From an uncultured Acidimicrobiia bacterium (GTDB lineage Bacteria > Actinomycetota > Acidimicrobiia > Spongiisociales > ZC4RG35): DNA of 64,000 bases. The stretch is from assembly GCA_964195235.1 (NCBI GenBank), contig CAXMOW010000004.1:12622-76621 (forward strand), read 5' to 3'. The first letter of the stretch is position 1, and the number at the start of each line of letters is the position of its first letter. The position numbers and the translations under genes are program-made. The notes under the pieces were generated by a model. That model worked only from the letters and a program-made list of their open reading frames with translations, was not told the origin of the DNA and searched no databases. Below are positions 17,462 to 27,353 of the stretch, in pieces.

Positions 17462-18344
17462 GAACACAGTCTCCATTGAGACCACAAGCGCCCGGAGTCG
17501 CCTCGCGGCCTATGTCGCGTTGACAAAGCCACGGATCATCGAGCTTCTCCTGATCACAACCGTTCCGGCCATGGTCCTGGCCGCCGACGGATGGCCTGGC
17601 ACGTGGCTCGTCTTGACCACGCTCATCGGGGGCACGCTGTCGGCTGGCGGAGCCAACACCCTAAATAGCTATGTAGACCGCGACATAGATCAGATGATGA
17701 AGCGAACCCGGGGTCGACCACTCGCTTTGCATGAAGTGGCGCCACAGAGAGCATTGGTGTTCGGCATAGTTCTCGGTTTGGCCGGGTTCGTTTGGCTTTG
17801 GGTCACAACCAATCTTGTGGCAGCTTCGATTTCGACCGCAGCTCTGCTCTTTTACGTTTTCGTCTACACAATCGCCCTGAAGCGCATCACGGTTCAGAAC
17901 ATCGTCATCGGAGGTGCAGCCGGAGCGGCGCCAACGCTGGTTGGCTGGGCTGCGGTCACGGGTACCGTCTCGGTGCCGGCCTGGGTCCTCTTTTTCATCG
18001 TCTTCTATTGGACGCCGCCCCATTTCTGGGCTCTCGCGGTGCGATACAAAGACGACTATGAGACGGCCGGCGTACCCATGCTTCCCGTAGTCGCTGGAGT
18101 CGAGGCAACCACACGACGCATGCTTCTCTACACCGGGTTGATGGTCGGCGTGTCCCTGACGCTCGTCCCGCTCGGCGGGATGTCATGGATTTACCTGGTC
18201 GCCGCGCTTGGTCTCGGTGGCTGGTTCCTCTGGGACACGTGGCGAGTCTTTCGAGAGCCGGAGCGGGCAATGAAGCTGTTCACCACATCGACCGTGTACC
18301 TATCGGTGTTGTTCGCTGCGGTGATGTTGGACGTGTTGCTGTGA
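17451..18344 (+). CDS. ctaB: protoheme IX farnesyltransferase (heme O synthase)
   Basis: YVALTKPRIIELLL, NSYVDRDIDQMMKRTRGRP and WTPPHFWALA are UbiA/CyoE-family hallmarks. The start is probably ATG 17451. Confidence 0.9.
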   Translation: MPTENTVSIETTSARSRLAAYVALTKPRIIELLLITTVPAMVLAADGWPGTWLVLTTLIGGTLSAGGANTLNSYVDRDIDQMMKRTRGRPLALHEVAPQRALVFGIVLGLAGFVWLWVTTNLVAASISTAALLFYVFVYTIALKRITVQNIVIGGAAGAAPTLVGWAAVTGTVSVPAWVLFFIVFYWTPPHFWALAVRYKDDYETAGVPMLPVVAGVEATTRRMLLYTGLMVGVSLTLVPLGGMSWIYLVAALGLGGWFLWDTWRVFREPERAMKLFTTSTVYLSVLFAAVMLDVLL

Positions 18345-19171
18345 AGTGGCTCATCGCGATGTCGGCTCTCGCCGCACTTACTTTCGCCGCGTGTGGAAAT
18401 GACAAGGTCGACGGTTTTGCCCAGATCGCGTCGGCGAATGGCAGCGTTGGTGTGGGAGAACAACGTGTTCTGATCGCGATCATCGACCCGACGATGGATG
18501 AGTATCTAGCCGCTCCCGACGTGGCGGCGACAGCCACTCTCAGGGATCGCATCGGCTCACCGATCGGCGAGTACGAGGGCGATTTCATCTGGATCGTCCC
18601 CGAAGTGCGCGGCCTCTATGCGTTTCACATGGACATCCCGGGCCCTGGAACGTTTCAGATCACCGTTTCCAGTGATGCCTTCAATGACGCAGGTCCGGTC
18701 GGGCTGGTCACTGTGGAGGATCCCGGTGTAATCGTTGTCGGCAACGAAGCTCCTTTATCCGAGACGCGGACCACTGCTGACCACGACATCAACGACATCA
18801 CATCGGACCCGAATCCCGATCCTAAGTTTTATGAGATGAGCGTGGCTGACGCGGTGGTTGGCGGGCCGACCGCCATCGTCTTCGGAACGCCTGCATGGTG
18901 TACTTCTCAGGCCTGTGGTCCCTTGCTTGACCAGGTGAAGGCGCTTTCGACCAGATACGCCGATCTCAACTACGTCCACGTCGAGGTTTACGAAGACATC
19001 CACGTCAGCTCGTATGAGGAATTGACCTTGGTTCCGTCGGTCGTCGAGTGGGGCCTTCCCGCCGAGCCTTGGGTGTTCGTCACTGATGCAAATGGACTGG
19101 TGACGGCCAGTTTTGAAGGTGTCGCAAGTGAGACCGAATTGATCAACGCCTTTGCGGCCGTTTTGCCCTGA
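18341..19171 (+). CDS. two-domain lipoprotein with a C-terminal thioredoxin-fold domain (FGTPAWCTSQACGP)
   Basis: GTG at 18341 (GTGA overlap with ctaB), lipobox LTFAAC, and a C-terminal CxxxxC in a Trx-like context. It sits between ctaB and ctaC. Confidence 0.55.
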   Translation: MKWLIAMSALAALTFAACGNDKVDGFAQIASANGSVGVGEQRVLIAIIDPTMDEYLAAPDVAATATLRDRIGSPIGEYEGDFIWIVPEVRGLYAFHMDIPGPGTFQITVSSDAFNDAGPVGLVTVEDPGVIVVGNEAPLSETRTTADHDINDITSDPNPDPKFYEMSVADAVVGGPTAIVFGTPAWCTSQACGPLLDQVKALSTRYADLNYVHVEVYEDIHVSSYEELTLVPSVVEWGLPAEPWVFVTDANGLVTASFEGVASETELINAFAAVLP

Positions 19172-19231
19172 TCTGTCAGGTTTTGGTCGAAGTTGGTTGG
19201 AGGTTCTCAATCTCCGTATGATGCCGACCCG

Positions 19232-20305
19232 ATGGCCTGGCTCCGCCTCCTTCTAGCGCTACGTTTGTCGCGATTTGTCGCCCTCGCTGGCGTTGCCCTT
19301 CTACTTACGTCGTGCTCGCTCATCGAGGTCGATTCACCCCTGACCACGTTCGATCCAGCGGGTCCCAATGCCGATCGGATTGATGGCCTTTTCTGGATGG
19401 TGTTCTGGATTGCCACGGTTGTTTTCGTTCTGGTCATGGGTGCGCTGGTCGTGATCCTCGTTGTTTTCAGGGACCGCGACAAAGACTCGACCAAAGAACC
19501 AAAGCAACTTCACGGAAACGCCAAACTGGAAGTGATCTGGACAGTGATTCCGGCTCTGATCCTGGCCGCGATCGCAGTGCCCACCACCGCCTCTGTTTTC
19601 GACCTGACTGGGTGTGATCCCGCCTCGATGCGCGTCGAACTGACCGGTCATCAATGGTGGTTCGAATATCACTACCCGGACTACGACATCGATACCGCCA
19701 ACGTTCTGGTGATACCCGTGGATCAGGAGGTCTGTTTGGAGATGACCTCTGATGACGTCATTCACAACTTTTGGATTCCGGCCCTGATGGGGAAGCGCTA
19801 CGTCGTACCCGGTCAGATCACCCTGCTTCGAATGGAGGCGGATGAGACCGGCGAGTTCTGGGGCCACTGCGCTGAGTTCTGTGGCCTTTCTCACTCTCTA
19901 ATGCGGGCGCGGGCCCAAGTGATGGATGTGGGCGACTTCGACGCCTGGATCGAGGCCCAACAAGAGCCCGCGGCTCTCCCCGTTGAGGGCGACCCCGGCT
20001 ATGACGGGTACCAGCTATTCCTCAACAAAGGATGCGTGCAATGTCACACCGTGCGTTTCGACGACCCTGAATCCTCGAACATCATCGCCAGGGAGGCGTT
20101 CAACGGGCCCGATCTGACCCATTTCGCATCACGCAACGTGTTTGCCGGCGCCACCCTCCCCGGGGACGGGCAGTCGTATGCTGCCGCATTGACCGGATGG
20201 CTCGCCGATCCGCCCAACGTCAAGCCCGGGAGTTTCATGCCCAACCTGGCCTTGACCGCCCAGGAAATCGATTCGCTGATCGTCTGGCTGGAGGGCAACA
20301 AATGA
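19232..20305 (+). CDS. ctaC: cytochrome c oxidase subunit II with fused C-terminal cytochrome c domain (caa3 type)
   Basis: The CuA motif HCAEFCGLSHSLM and a C-terminal CVQCH heme-c site are present, with a lipobox-like LLLTSC near the N-terminus. Confidence 0.9.
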   Translation: MAWLRLLLALRLSRFVALAGVALLLTSCSLIEVDSPLTTFDPAGPNADRIDGLFWMVFWIATVVFVLVMGALVVILVVFRDRDKDSTKEPKQLHGNAKLEVIWTVIPALILAAIAVPTTASVFDLTGCDPASMRVELTGHQWWFEYHYPDYDIDTANVLVIPVDQEVCLEMTSDDVIHNFWIPALMGKRYVVPGQITLLRMEADETGEFWGHCAEFCGLSHSLMRARAQVMDVGDFDAWIEAQQEPAALPVEGDPGYDGYQLFLNKGCVQCHTVRFDDPESSNIIAREAFNGPDLTHFASRNVFAGATLPGDGQSYAAALTGWLADPPNVKPGSFMPNLALTAQEIDSLIVWLEGNK

Positions 20306-22326
20306 CCGCAACTGCCGAGCGCCCAGCAAGCACGATCTTCAAACGACCCTCGACGCCGAGCGGTCTGTGGGGGTGGATCACGACCGTCGATCACAAAAAG
20401 GTCGGCATCATGTATGGATACGCCGCATTCACATTCTTCCTGATCGGCGGTGTCGAGGCCCTGCTGCTACGAGTCCAGCTTGCACAGGCCAACTCCGAGT
20501 TCCTCACTGCCGGGGCATACAACGCCTTGTTCACGATGCACGCCACGACGATGATCTTCTTGTTCATCATGCCGGCATCGGCGGCGTTCATGAACTACCT
20601 GATTCCGCTGATGATCGGAGCTCGAGACGTCGCCTTTCCTCGGCTCAACGCCCTGTCCTTTTGGATCTTCTTCTTCGGTGGGATCTTTCTATACAGCACA
20701 TTCATCTTTGGCACTTCGTTGGCGCCGATCAGCCCGGAGGGGATCACAGGCAACATTCCCCTCGGAGGCGGCCCCGGTAGTTTCAATTTCTTAGCCGACT
20801 CGCCGGATGGGGGGTGGTTCGGCTATCAGCCAAATGCGGGGCCGCTCTATTCGCCAGGAACGGCAATGGACTACTGGGCGTTTGGGCTGCAGATCATCGG
20901 TCTCGCTTCGCTGATCTCGTCGGTCAACTTCATCGTGACCGTTTTCAACATGAGGGCAAAAGGAATGCGTCTTCTCCGCATGCCGGTCTTCATCTGGATG
21001 TCCACTGTTGTCGCTTTCTTGCTGCTGTTCTCGCTTCCGATCATCGCTGTTGCGCTGTTCATGGTTGGCTTTGATCGACAATTCGGCACATTGTTCTTTG
21101 CTCCCACAGGCGGTGGGGATCCGATCCTTTGGCAGCATTTGTTCTGGTTGTTTGGCCACCCCGAGGTCTACATCCTGATCCTGCCTGCAATGGGGATTGT
21201 CTCCGAGGTGCTCCCCGTGTTCTCCCGCAAACCTCTCTTTGGATATTCCGCCATTGTCTTTGCCGGCGCCGCGATTGCTTTCCTCGGCTTCGGAGTTTGG
21301 GCGCATCACATGTTTGCTTCTGGGATCACCCCGGTGGCTCAAGCTGCGTTTGGGCTGGCAACGATGACTATCGCCATTCCGACCGGGATCAAGATCTTCA
21401 ACTGGATGGGCACAATGTGGGGAGGGCGATTACGTTTCACCACCCCGATGTTGTTCGCCATCGGCTTCCTGGCCATGTTCGTCATCGGTGGCCTTTCCGG
21501 AGTCACCCACGCCGTAGTCCCGTCCGATTGGCAGCAGACCGACACGTATTACATCGTTGCCCATTTCCACTATGTGTTGTTTGGCGGTTCGGTATTTGGG
21601 CTGTTCGCGGGTCTCTACTACTGGTTCCCAAAACTGACTGGGAAGGTAATGAACCCCCGTTTGGGCAAGATCCACTTCTGGCTCATGTTCATCGGGTTCA
21701 ATCTGACCTTTGCTCCGATGCACTGGCTCGGTCTCCAGGGAATGGTTCGGCGGACCTGGAAGTACGCACCCGAGAACGGGTTCGAGCCATGGAACATCGT
21801 CATCACGATTGGCGCATTCATCATTGCCTCCGGATTTCTTGTCTTCATGTACAACTGGTGGCACAGCCGCCGTAAGGGTGTGGACTCCGGTCTTGACCCG
21901 TGGGACGCCAGGACCATTGAATGGTCGATTCCCAACCCAACGCCTGAGTACAACTACGCCAAGACGCCAGTGATCACACGGCTTGATGAGTTCTGGCACA
22001 TGAAATATGACCAGGACGAAGACGGTCGTGCCGTGCGTAAACCCGATGCCGACGAAATGCTGACTCAACTCGAGTACGAAGGAAACAACCCGGAGTCACC
22101 GATACACCTCCCCGCTCCCTCCTACTTCCCCTTTGTGATGGCGATCGGCCTGCCCCTGGTGTTCTATGGCGTGATCTATCACACCACCCCATGGGGTAAG
22201 GCCTTGATTCTCATCGGGGTTGTAGTGATGTTGTCCTCACTGATCGGATGGAGTCTCGAGCCTCTCGAGGAACCACTCGAGGATCACAATGACGGGATGA
22301 TCGATCCGGAGGGCGCCGTTGTCTGA
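20302..22326 (+). CDS. ctaD: cytochrome c oxidase subunit I with a roughly 100-aa two-helix C-terminal extension
   Basis: ATG at 20302 (ATGA overlap with ctaC). It carries WFFGHPEVYILILP-type motifs (LFWLFGHPEVYILILPAMG), HHMF and HFHYVL. Confidence 0.92.
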   Translation: MTATAERPASTIFKRPSTPSGLWGWITTVDHKKVGIMYGYAAFTFFLIGGVEALLLRVQLAQANSEFLTAGAYNALFTMHATTMIFLFIMPASAAFMNYLIPLMIGARDVAFPRLNALSFWIFFFGGIFLYSTFIFGTSLAPISPEGITGNIPLGGGPGSFNFLADSPDGGWFGYQPNAGPLYSPGTAMDYWAFGLQIIGLASLISSVNFIVTVFNMRAKGMRLLRMPVFIWMSTVVAFLLLFSLPIIAVALFMVGFDRQFGTLFFAPTGGGDPILWQHLFWLFGHPEVYILILPAMGIVSEVLPVFSRKPLFGYSAIVFAGAAIAFLGFGVWAHHMFASGITPVAQAAFGLATMTIAIPTGIKIFNWMGTMWGGRLRFTTPMLFAIGFLAMFVIGGLSGVTHAVVPSDWQQTDTYYIVAHFHYVLFGGSVFGLFAGLYYWFPKLTGKVMNPRLGKIHFWLMFIGFNLTFAPMHWLGLQGMVRRTWKYAPENGFEPWNIVITIGAFIIASGFLVFMYNWWHSRRKGVDSGLDPWDARTIEWSIPNPTPEYNYAKTPVITRLDEFWHMKYDQDEDGRAVRKPDADEMLTQLEYEGNNPESPIHLPAPSYFPFVMAIGLPLVFYGVIYHTTPWGKALILIGVVVMLSSLIGWSLEPLEEPLEDHNDGMIDPEGAVV

Positions 22327-22942
22327 CGTATCCCACGACACAGCGGTCGATACCCACGACGAGCATGAGTCGACCGGGATCGACAACCGCAAGCTGGGGA
22401 TGTGGTTGTTCCTGAGTTCGGAGTTTCTGCTATTCGGCGCACTGATCTCGAATTATCTGCTCTATTCGAATCGTTCCGGCTTCGAAGGGGTCTATCCGGC
22501 TGAGATCTACGACATCCCATTCACTTCGGTCAGCTCGTTTGTCCTGCTGATGAGCTCACTGACGATGGTCCTGGCGCACAATGCGTTGAGTAGTGGCGAC
22601 CAAAACGGCACCCGCACCTGGCTCTTCGCAACGGCGGCATTGGGTGCGGTGTTCTTAGGCGGTCAGGTTTTCGAGTTCACCGAATTCATCGTCCAATTTG
22701 ATATGACCCTTTCGACCAACCCGGCAGCTTCGGCCTTCTACCTGCTTACCGGATTCCACGGCACTCACGTCGCGATAGGTGTGATCATGCTGCTGTCGTT
22801 GTGGGGCATCTCACGTAAACAGGGCGGTCTTTCCGAAAAACACGGTTTGAACCTCGAACTGGTCGGGCTCTATTGGCACTTTGTCGACATCATCTGGATT
22901 GTGATTTTCACCGTCGTCTATCTGCTCTCGGTCCAAACCTGA
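22319..22942 (+). CDS. ctaE: cytochrome c oxidase subunit III
   Basis: GMWLFLSSEFLLFGALI, GFHGTHVAIGV and YWHFVDIIWIVIF are subunit III hallmarks. Confidence 0.85.
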   Translation: MSDVSHDTAVDTHDEHESTGIDNRKLGMWLFLSSEFLLFGALISNYLLYSNRSGFEGVYPAEIYDIPFTSVSSFVLLMSSLTMVLAHNALSSGDQNGTRTWLFATAALGAVFLGGQVFEFTEFIVQFDMTLSTNPAASAFYLLTGFHGTHVAIGVIMLLSLWGISRKQGGLSEKHGLNLELVGLYWHFVDIIWIVIFTVVYLLSVQT

Positions 22943-23259
22943 TGACCGCTGAACAGCATCACGACGAACATCCCACACCGGCCCAATACTGGAAGATTGC
23001 GGCTCTCCTTGCGGTGCTAACCGCGATAGAAGTGGCGCTCTTCTACATCGATCAAGCCCTCGATCTACAGATCTTCAACGCCTTTGCACTGATCGGGCTG
23101 TCGACACTGAAATTCGTAATTGTGGTGGGTTGGTTCATGCATCTCCGTTATGAGAAGCCGATGCTGACTCGTTTCTTCACTGCCGGCTTCGTCCTTGCCG
23201 TCGGCCTTTACCTGGTCGTGCTGTCGGCGTTGGGGGTTGTCGCGATTCGGGGTGGTTAG
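22942..23259 (+). CDS. ctaF: small prokaryotic cytochrome oxidase subunit IV-like protein
   Basis: The ATG overlaps the ctaE stop. It is 105 aa with 3 TM helices and KFVIVVGWFMHLRYE, typical of the prokaryotic COX4 family. Confidence 0.65.
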   Translation: MTAEQHHDEHPTPAQYWKIAALLAVLTAIEVALFYIDQALDLQIFNAFALIGLSTLKFVIVVGWFMHLRYEKPMLTRFFTAGFVLAVGLYLVVLSALGVVAIRGG

Positions 23260-23262
23260 GTC

Positions 23263-24072
23263 GTGTTGCCTACTTGGCATCCCCACTACGACCTCTGGGC
23301 CCTGATCTTCATCCTCGGTGTTGGCTATTGGTATGCCAATGTCCGAATCCGTCCACATCTTGCTCCTGGCGCCCCAGGGCCAACCCGCCGGCAGTGGTGG
23401 CAGTGGTACGTGGGGCTGGCTCTCATGTGGCTGGTGTCTGGCTGGCCGATCCACGACATCGGTGAGGAGTCGCTTTTCACCGTTCACATGTTTGAACACA
23501 TGGTTCTTTCGCTAGCTGTTCCTGCTCTGCTGCTAATGGGAACACCTAGGTGGTTGGCCGACGCCACATTGGGTCATCCCAAGGTGGCTCGATGGCTAAG
23601 ACCGCTTTGCAAAGCTGTACCGGCTTTTGTCATCTTCAACACCGTCTTCATACTGATCCACTGGCCCGAAATGGTGGAGTTGATGCTCACCAGCGAGCTG
23701 GCTCACTTCGGCCTGCACACGCTGCTTTTTCTATCGGCGTTTCTGATGTGGATGCCGGTTTTGTCCCCCACGTTGGCGATTTCCAAACTGGGTCGTCCGA
23801 TGCAGATGCTTTACCTCTTTCTCCAGTCACTGCTACCCACCATCCCAGCATCGTTTCTCACGTTTTCGACAGTCGCGTTGTATCCGATCTATGGCAACGC
23901 CGCCGAGGCATTCGGGCTCACGGCTGTCTCAGACCAGACAATTTCAGGAGTCATGATGAAGCTGGGTGGAGGGTTTCTGATTTGGGCCACGATTGCAGTG
24001 ATTTGGTTTCGTTGGACGTCCGAGGAGCGTGAATGGGAACAGATCGACAAACCGATGCAGGTGCCCCGATGA
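23263..24072 (+). CDS. ctaG: cytochrome c oxidase assembly factor CtaG (caa3-type)
   Basis: A polytopic protein with HMFEHMVLSLAVPALLLMG and MWMPV segments, in the position that follows ctaF in the Bacillus cta operon. Confidence 0.7.
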   Translation: MLPTWHPHYDLWALIFILGVGYWYANVRIRPHLAPGAPGPTRRQWWQWYVGLALMWLVSGWPIHDIGEESLFTVHMFEHMVLSLAVPALLLMGTPRWLADATLGHPKVARWLRPLCKAVPAFVIFNTVFILIHWPEMVELMLTSELAHFGLHTLLFLSAFLMWMPVLSPTLAISKLGRPMQMLYLFLQSLLPTIPASFLTFSTVALYPIYGNAAEAFGLTAVSDQTISGVMMKLGGGFLIWATIAVIWFRWTSEEREWEQIDKPMQVPR

Positions 24073-25160
24073 GCCTCCAACCAGGTCGCTTCTTCCTCCC
24101 GGGTCCGACCGAGGTGCACCCCAAAGTGTTGGCTGCACAAAACGCAGAGATGATTGGCCATAGGGGGCCGGCGATCAGAGAATTGATGGCCAGCATCGAG
24201 GATGGGCTCAAGCCATTATTCGTCACCGATCGACCTGTGATCGTGTCGACTTCGTCAGCAACAGGCTTGATGGAGGCCGCCCTTCGCAACGGTGTGCTTG
24301 ACGGGAAGGTGCTCAGCCTTGTCACCGGAGCGTTCTCCAGTCGCTTTGCCGAGATCGGAATGTCCTGCGATTTCGACGTCGACGTCTGGGAGGTCACTTG
24401 GGGGGAAGTCCAATCACCCGACGAGCTCGCGGAACGGCTGGAAAGAAATCGGTACGACGCGGTCACCTTGTCTCATTCTGAGACTTCCACCGGATCGCTT
24501 CACGACTTGGAGGCAGTTGCCCGAGTTGTTGGTGAGCACGACGACACACTCCTGCTCGTCGATTCCGTTACCGGGATCGGTGGTGTCGAGACCAGACCCG
24601 ATGACTGGGGCATCGACTTCATTCTCACCGGTTCACAGAAGGCGTTGGCCTTACCACCCGGTCTTGCGTTCGGTCTCGCGTCCGACAAGATGATGGAGCG
24701 ATCCCGCCAAGCGCGGGGGCGGGGTTGGTACTTCGCTCTCGATCGTCTGATGGATGAACTCGAAGGGAATCAGACACCCGCAACACCGGCGTTGTCCCTT
24801 CTATATGCCCTCGATCTCCAATTGGACCGTATCGCCGCCGAAGGCATGGCCGCACGCTGGCAACGCCATCTTGACATGCAACAAAGGACTTTTGATTGGG
24901 TTGACGAGTTGAAAGCTGCCGGCGCCGGGATTGATGTGTTCGCAGCCGAGGGTCATCGCTCGCCCACGGTGACGTGTATCGCAATGCCAGGGGGTGATGG
25001 TGCTCCCACTGTCGTGGCTGCGATGGCTGAAAGGGGTTGGGTGATTGGTGGCGGGTACGGCAAGCTCGAAGAGTCAACGATCCGAATCGGCCACATGGGT
25101 GACCACACCGTTGCCGAATTGGACGGCCTTCTCGATGTGCTCGGAGCCGTCATCCGATGA
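24069..25160 (+). CDS. class V aminotransferase (serine-glyoxylate / phosphoserine aminotransferase-like)
   Basis: ATG at 24069 (ATGA overlap). FLPGPTEVHPKVL N-terminus and TGSQKALALPPGLAF PLP-lysine region. Confidence 0.8.
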   Translation: MSLQPGRFFLPGPTEVHPKVLAAQNAEMIGHRGPAIRELMASIEDGLKPLFVTDRPVIVSTSSATGLMEAALRNGVLDGKVLSLVTGAFSSRFAEIGMSCDFDVDVWEVTWGEVQSPDELAERLERNRYDAVTLSHSETSTGSLHDLEAVARVVGEHDDTLLLVDSVTGIGGVETRPDDWGIDFILTGSQKALALPPGLAFGLASDKMMERSRQARGRGWYFALDRLMDELEGNQTPATPALSLLYALDLQLDRIAAEGMAARWQRHLDMQQRTFDWVDELKAAGAGIDVFAAEGHRSPTVTCIAMPGGDGAPTVVAAMAERGWVIGGGYGKLEESTIRIGHMGDHTVAELDGLLDVLGAVIR

Positions 25161-26125
25161 AATACAAGGTGCTGGCGACCGACAAGGTCTCGAGCGATGG
25201 GCTCTCTGCCCTTGCAGAGGATGACCGCTTCGACGTCACTCATATCGATGATTCCTCGAGCGAGGCCTTCCTAGAAATACTAAAGGTTGCCGACGCGTTG
25301 GTCGTGAGAAGCGCCACCAAGATCGGACCTGCGATGATCGGATTGGCTCCTGAATTGAAGGTGATCGGTCGCGCCGGTGTCGGGATCGACAATGTGGATG
25401 TGGATGCGGCGTCTGCCAGCGGAGTTGCCGTCTACAACGCACCGGGTGGAAACACGATTGCAGCCGCCGAAATGACCATGGCACTGATTCTGTCTCTGAT
25501 TCGAAAGATTCCGGCCGCAGAGCGATCTGTGCGCGATGGCCACTGGGATCGCGCTGCTTTCAAAGGCAACGAACTGCGTGGGCGCACACTGGGCCTCATT
25601 GGCGCGGGACGAATCGGGGGAGAGGTGGCGAGACGTTGTCAAACCTTTGGGATGGACTGCATTGTCTACGACCCTTACCTAACCCCGGATCGAGCAGCAT
25701 CGATCAATGTCCGGCTAGTCGATCTCAACAACGTGCTCGACAATGCCGATGTGATCTCCATACATGTCCCCCTCACCGACGAGACGCGCCATCTCGTGGA
25801 TGACGATGCCCTTTCACGGATGAGAAGCGGAGTTCTTGTCATCAACGCTTCCCGTGGCGGCGTAATCGACGAGTCAGCCCTCGCTCATGCCTTGGAGGCC
25901 GGCGCCATCGCCGGTGCGGCTCTTGACGTTTACGAGCGGGAGCCGTTGCCGGATGACAGTCCGCTCCGTGATGCTCCCAATCTGGTTCTGACCCCCCATC
26001 TGGGCGGGTCGACATCGGAAGCACAGGTTGAGGTAGCGCGAGAGGTGGCGGTGCACATTGTGCGTCATCTATGTGATGGGGATGTGAGCGGGGCGGTCAA
26101 TGCCTCTCAGCTAGTTGAGAGGTAA
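25157..26125 (+). CDS. D-3-phosphoglycerate dehydrogenase-like D-2-hydroxyacid dehydrogenase (no ACT domain)
   Basis: GLIGAGRIGGEVARR NAD-binding motif, NASRGGVIDE and LTPHLGGST catalytic region. Confidence 0.75.
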   Translation: MKYKVLATDKVSSDGLSALAEDDRFDVTHIDDSSSEAFLEILKVADALVVRSATKIGPAMIGLAPELKVIGRAGVGIDNVDVDAASASGVAVYNAPGGNTIAAAEMTMALILSLIRKIPAAERSVRDGHWDRAAFKGNELRGRTLGLIGAGRIGGEVARRCQTFGMDCIVYDPYLTPDRAASINVRLVDLNNVLDNADVISIHVPLTDETRHLVDDDALSRMRSGVLVINASRGGVIDESALAHALEAGAIAGAALDVYEREPLPDDSPLRDAPNLVLTPHLGGSTSEAQVEVAREVAVHIVRHLCDGDVSGAVNASQLVER

Positions 26126-26162
26126 GACTCAGCCTCTCAAACAGTTGAGAGGCTGCTGAGTC
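26126..26162. terminator. long hairpin between convergent genes
   Basis: AGCCTCTCAA-ACAG-TTGAGAGGCT (10 bp) is extended by GACTC/GAGTC. There is no clear U-tract. Confidence 0.45.
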
Positions 26163-26166
26163 GTAC

Positions 26167-27336
26167 TCAGATCAGCTGAACTACTGCTGCGTGTTCCTCT
26201 GATCCGCCTTCTTCAGCGTGATCGTCGGCCCCCGCGTAAAAGAGCACGGCAAGGATGACGACAAGAACGGTTCCGAGTCCAACGATGGCCCAGAGAAGGT
26301 CGCCAAACGAGATCTTCATCTGTGGTTTGGTCCCAGCAAGAGCGGCGAAACCGAGGATGCCTGCGGCGGTCAGGATGCCAACAATTGACGCTCCGCCGCT
26401 GGTCAGATGACTGGACTGGATCAGGATGTAGCCAAAAGGCACAACCAGCAAGACCAACAGGATCATCGAGACCATGGGGATGCTTATCGCATTTCCCAGG
26501 CGTCCCCGCACCGCCTCGAGTTCCTTTTCGTCGCCTTCGTCCACTGCAACCGGAGTGCCCAGAAGTTGGGGGACCGCTGAGGTGATCGCGCCGAGGACGG
26601 CTCCACCAATCAGCATGATCGCAAGCGTGGGCAACACGGGGAGTTGGATAAGACCTTCGCTTCCTTCGATTTCAGTTCCCATGCCTATCAAGGCAACGCC
26701 CGCCACAACACCCAAGATCAAGCCAAGAATCGCCCCGATCCAAGCTGTAGAAGATTTCGATCCCGAGAGCTGCATGGCAGGGTTTGACCACGCTGCGGCT
26801 GCTCTGGAGAAGCCAGCCACGACGGCACCAAATAGGATGCTCACCAGGGCGATCCCGATGATGACTCCACGAGACTCGACCTGCACGATCGGTCCTTCAT
26901 CAAGAAGTACCGCAGCGGTATCGGCCCAGAACGCAGATGCGAAGAAGAACGCAATCAATCCGAGGGCTGCCCCCGTCCATGCACCCACTCTCACTGCGGT
27001 CTTGACTCGCTGACCAAGTGAGACCGGTTCGAGCGGCTCGTCTGGTTCTTGCTCGGTGAGGGTCTCGGAGATAACCGGCGCTTCGATGACTGGCGCTTCC
27101 ATCACGGCTACCGCAGCAGCTGGCTCCTCCGGCGCGGGCTCTTCGGGGGTGGGGGCTTCGGAGACTGGCTCCTCGGCCGCCACAGGCGCGGGCGCAACGG
27201 GGGCGCCACCCGTCCAAGCGGAGAGAATGTCGTCGACTGATGCTCCGGTCTCGGCAGCGCGGGCAGCAGCCGAACGCTGGACGAGGTCGGCGGGTGCACC
27301 CAGTGCTGCGGCTGCCGCGTCTAGAAGATCACTCAC
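26167..27336 (-). CDS. membrane protein with a soluble N-terminal domain and a Pro/Ala/Glu-rich linker
   Basis: Probable GTG start at 27336 (VSDLLDAAAAALGAP...), a PAPVAAEEPVSEAPTPEEPAPEEP linker, then about 7 hydrophobic helices. I recognise no family. Confidence 0.5.
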   Translation of the reverse strand: MSDLLDAAAAALGAPADLVQRSAAARAAETGASVDDILSAWTGGAPVAPAPVAAEEPVSEAPTPEEPAPEEPAAAVAVMEAPVIEAPVISETLTEQEPDEPLEPVSLGQRVKTAVRVGAWTGAALGLIAFFFASAFWADTAAVLLDEGPIVQVESRGVIIGIALVSILFGAVVAGFSRAAAAWSNPAMQLSGSKSSTAWIGAILGLILGVVAGVALIGMGTEIEGSEGLIQLPVLPTLAIMLIGGAVLGAITSAVPQLLGTPVAVDEGDEKELEAVRGRLGNAISIPMVSMILLVLLVVPFGYILIQSSHLTSGGASIVGILTAAGILGFAALAGTKPQMKISFGDLLWAIVGLGTVLVVILAVLFYAGADDHAEEGGSEEHAAVVQLI

Positions 27337-27353
27337 GGGGTGGCACTTTAGAG

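Noticed and set aside
26102-26162. Duplicated CCTCTCA-N5-TTGAGAGG hairpin (once in the last codons of the dehydrogenase gene, once in the terminator) as a mobile or REP-like element
   Set aside because: There are only two adjacent copies and none elsewhere in the window. A local duplication of the terminator stem explains it most simply.
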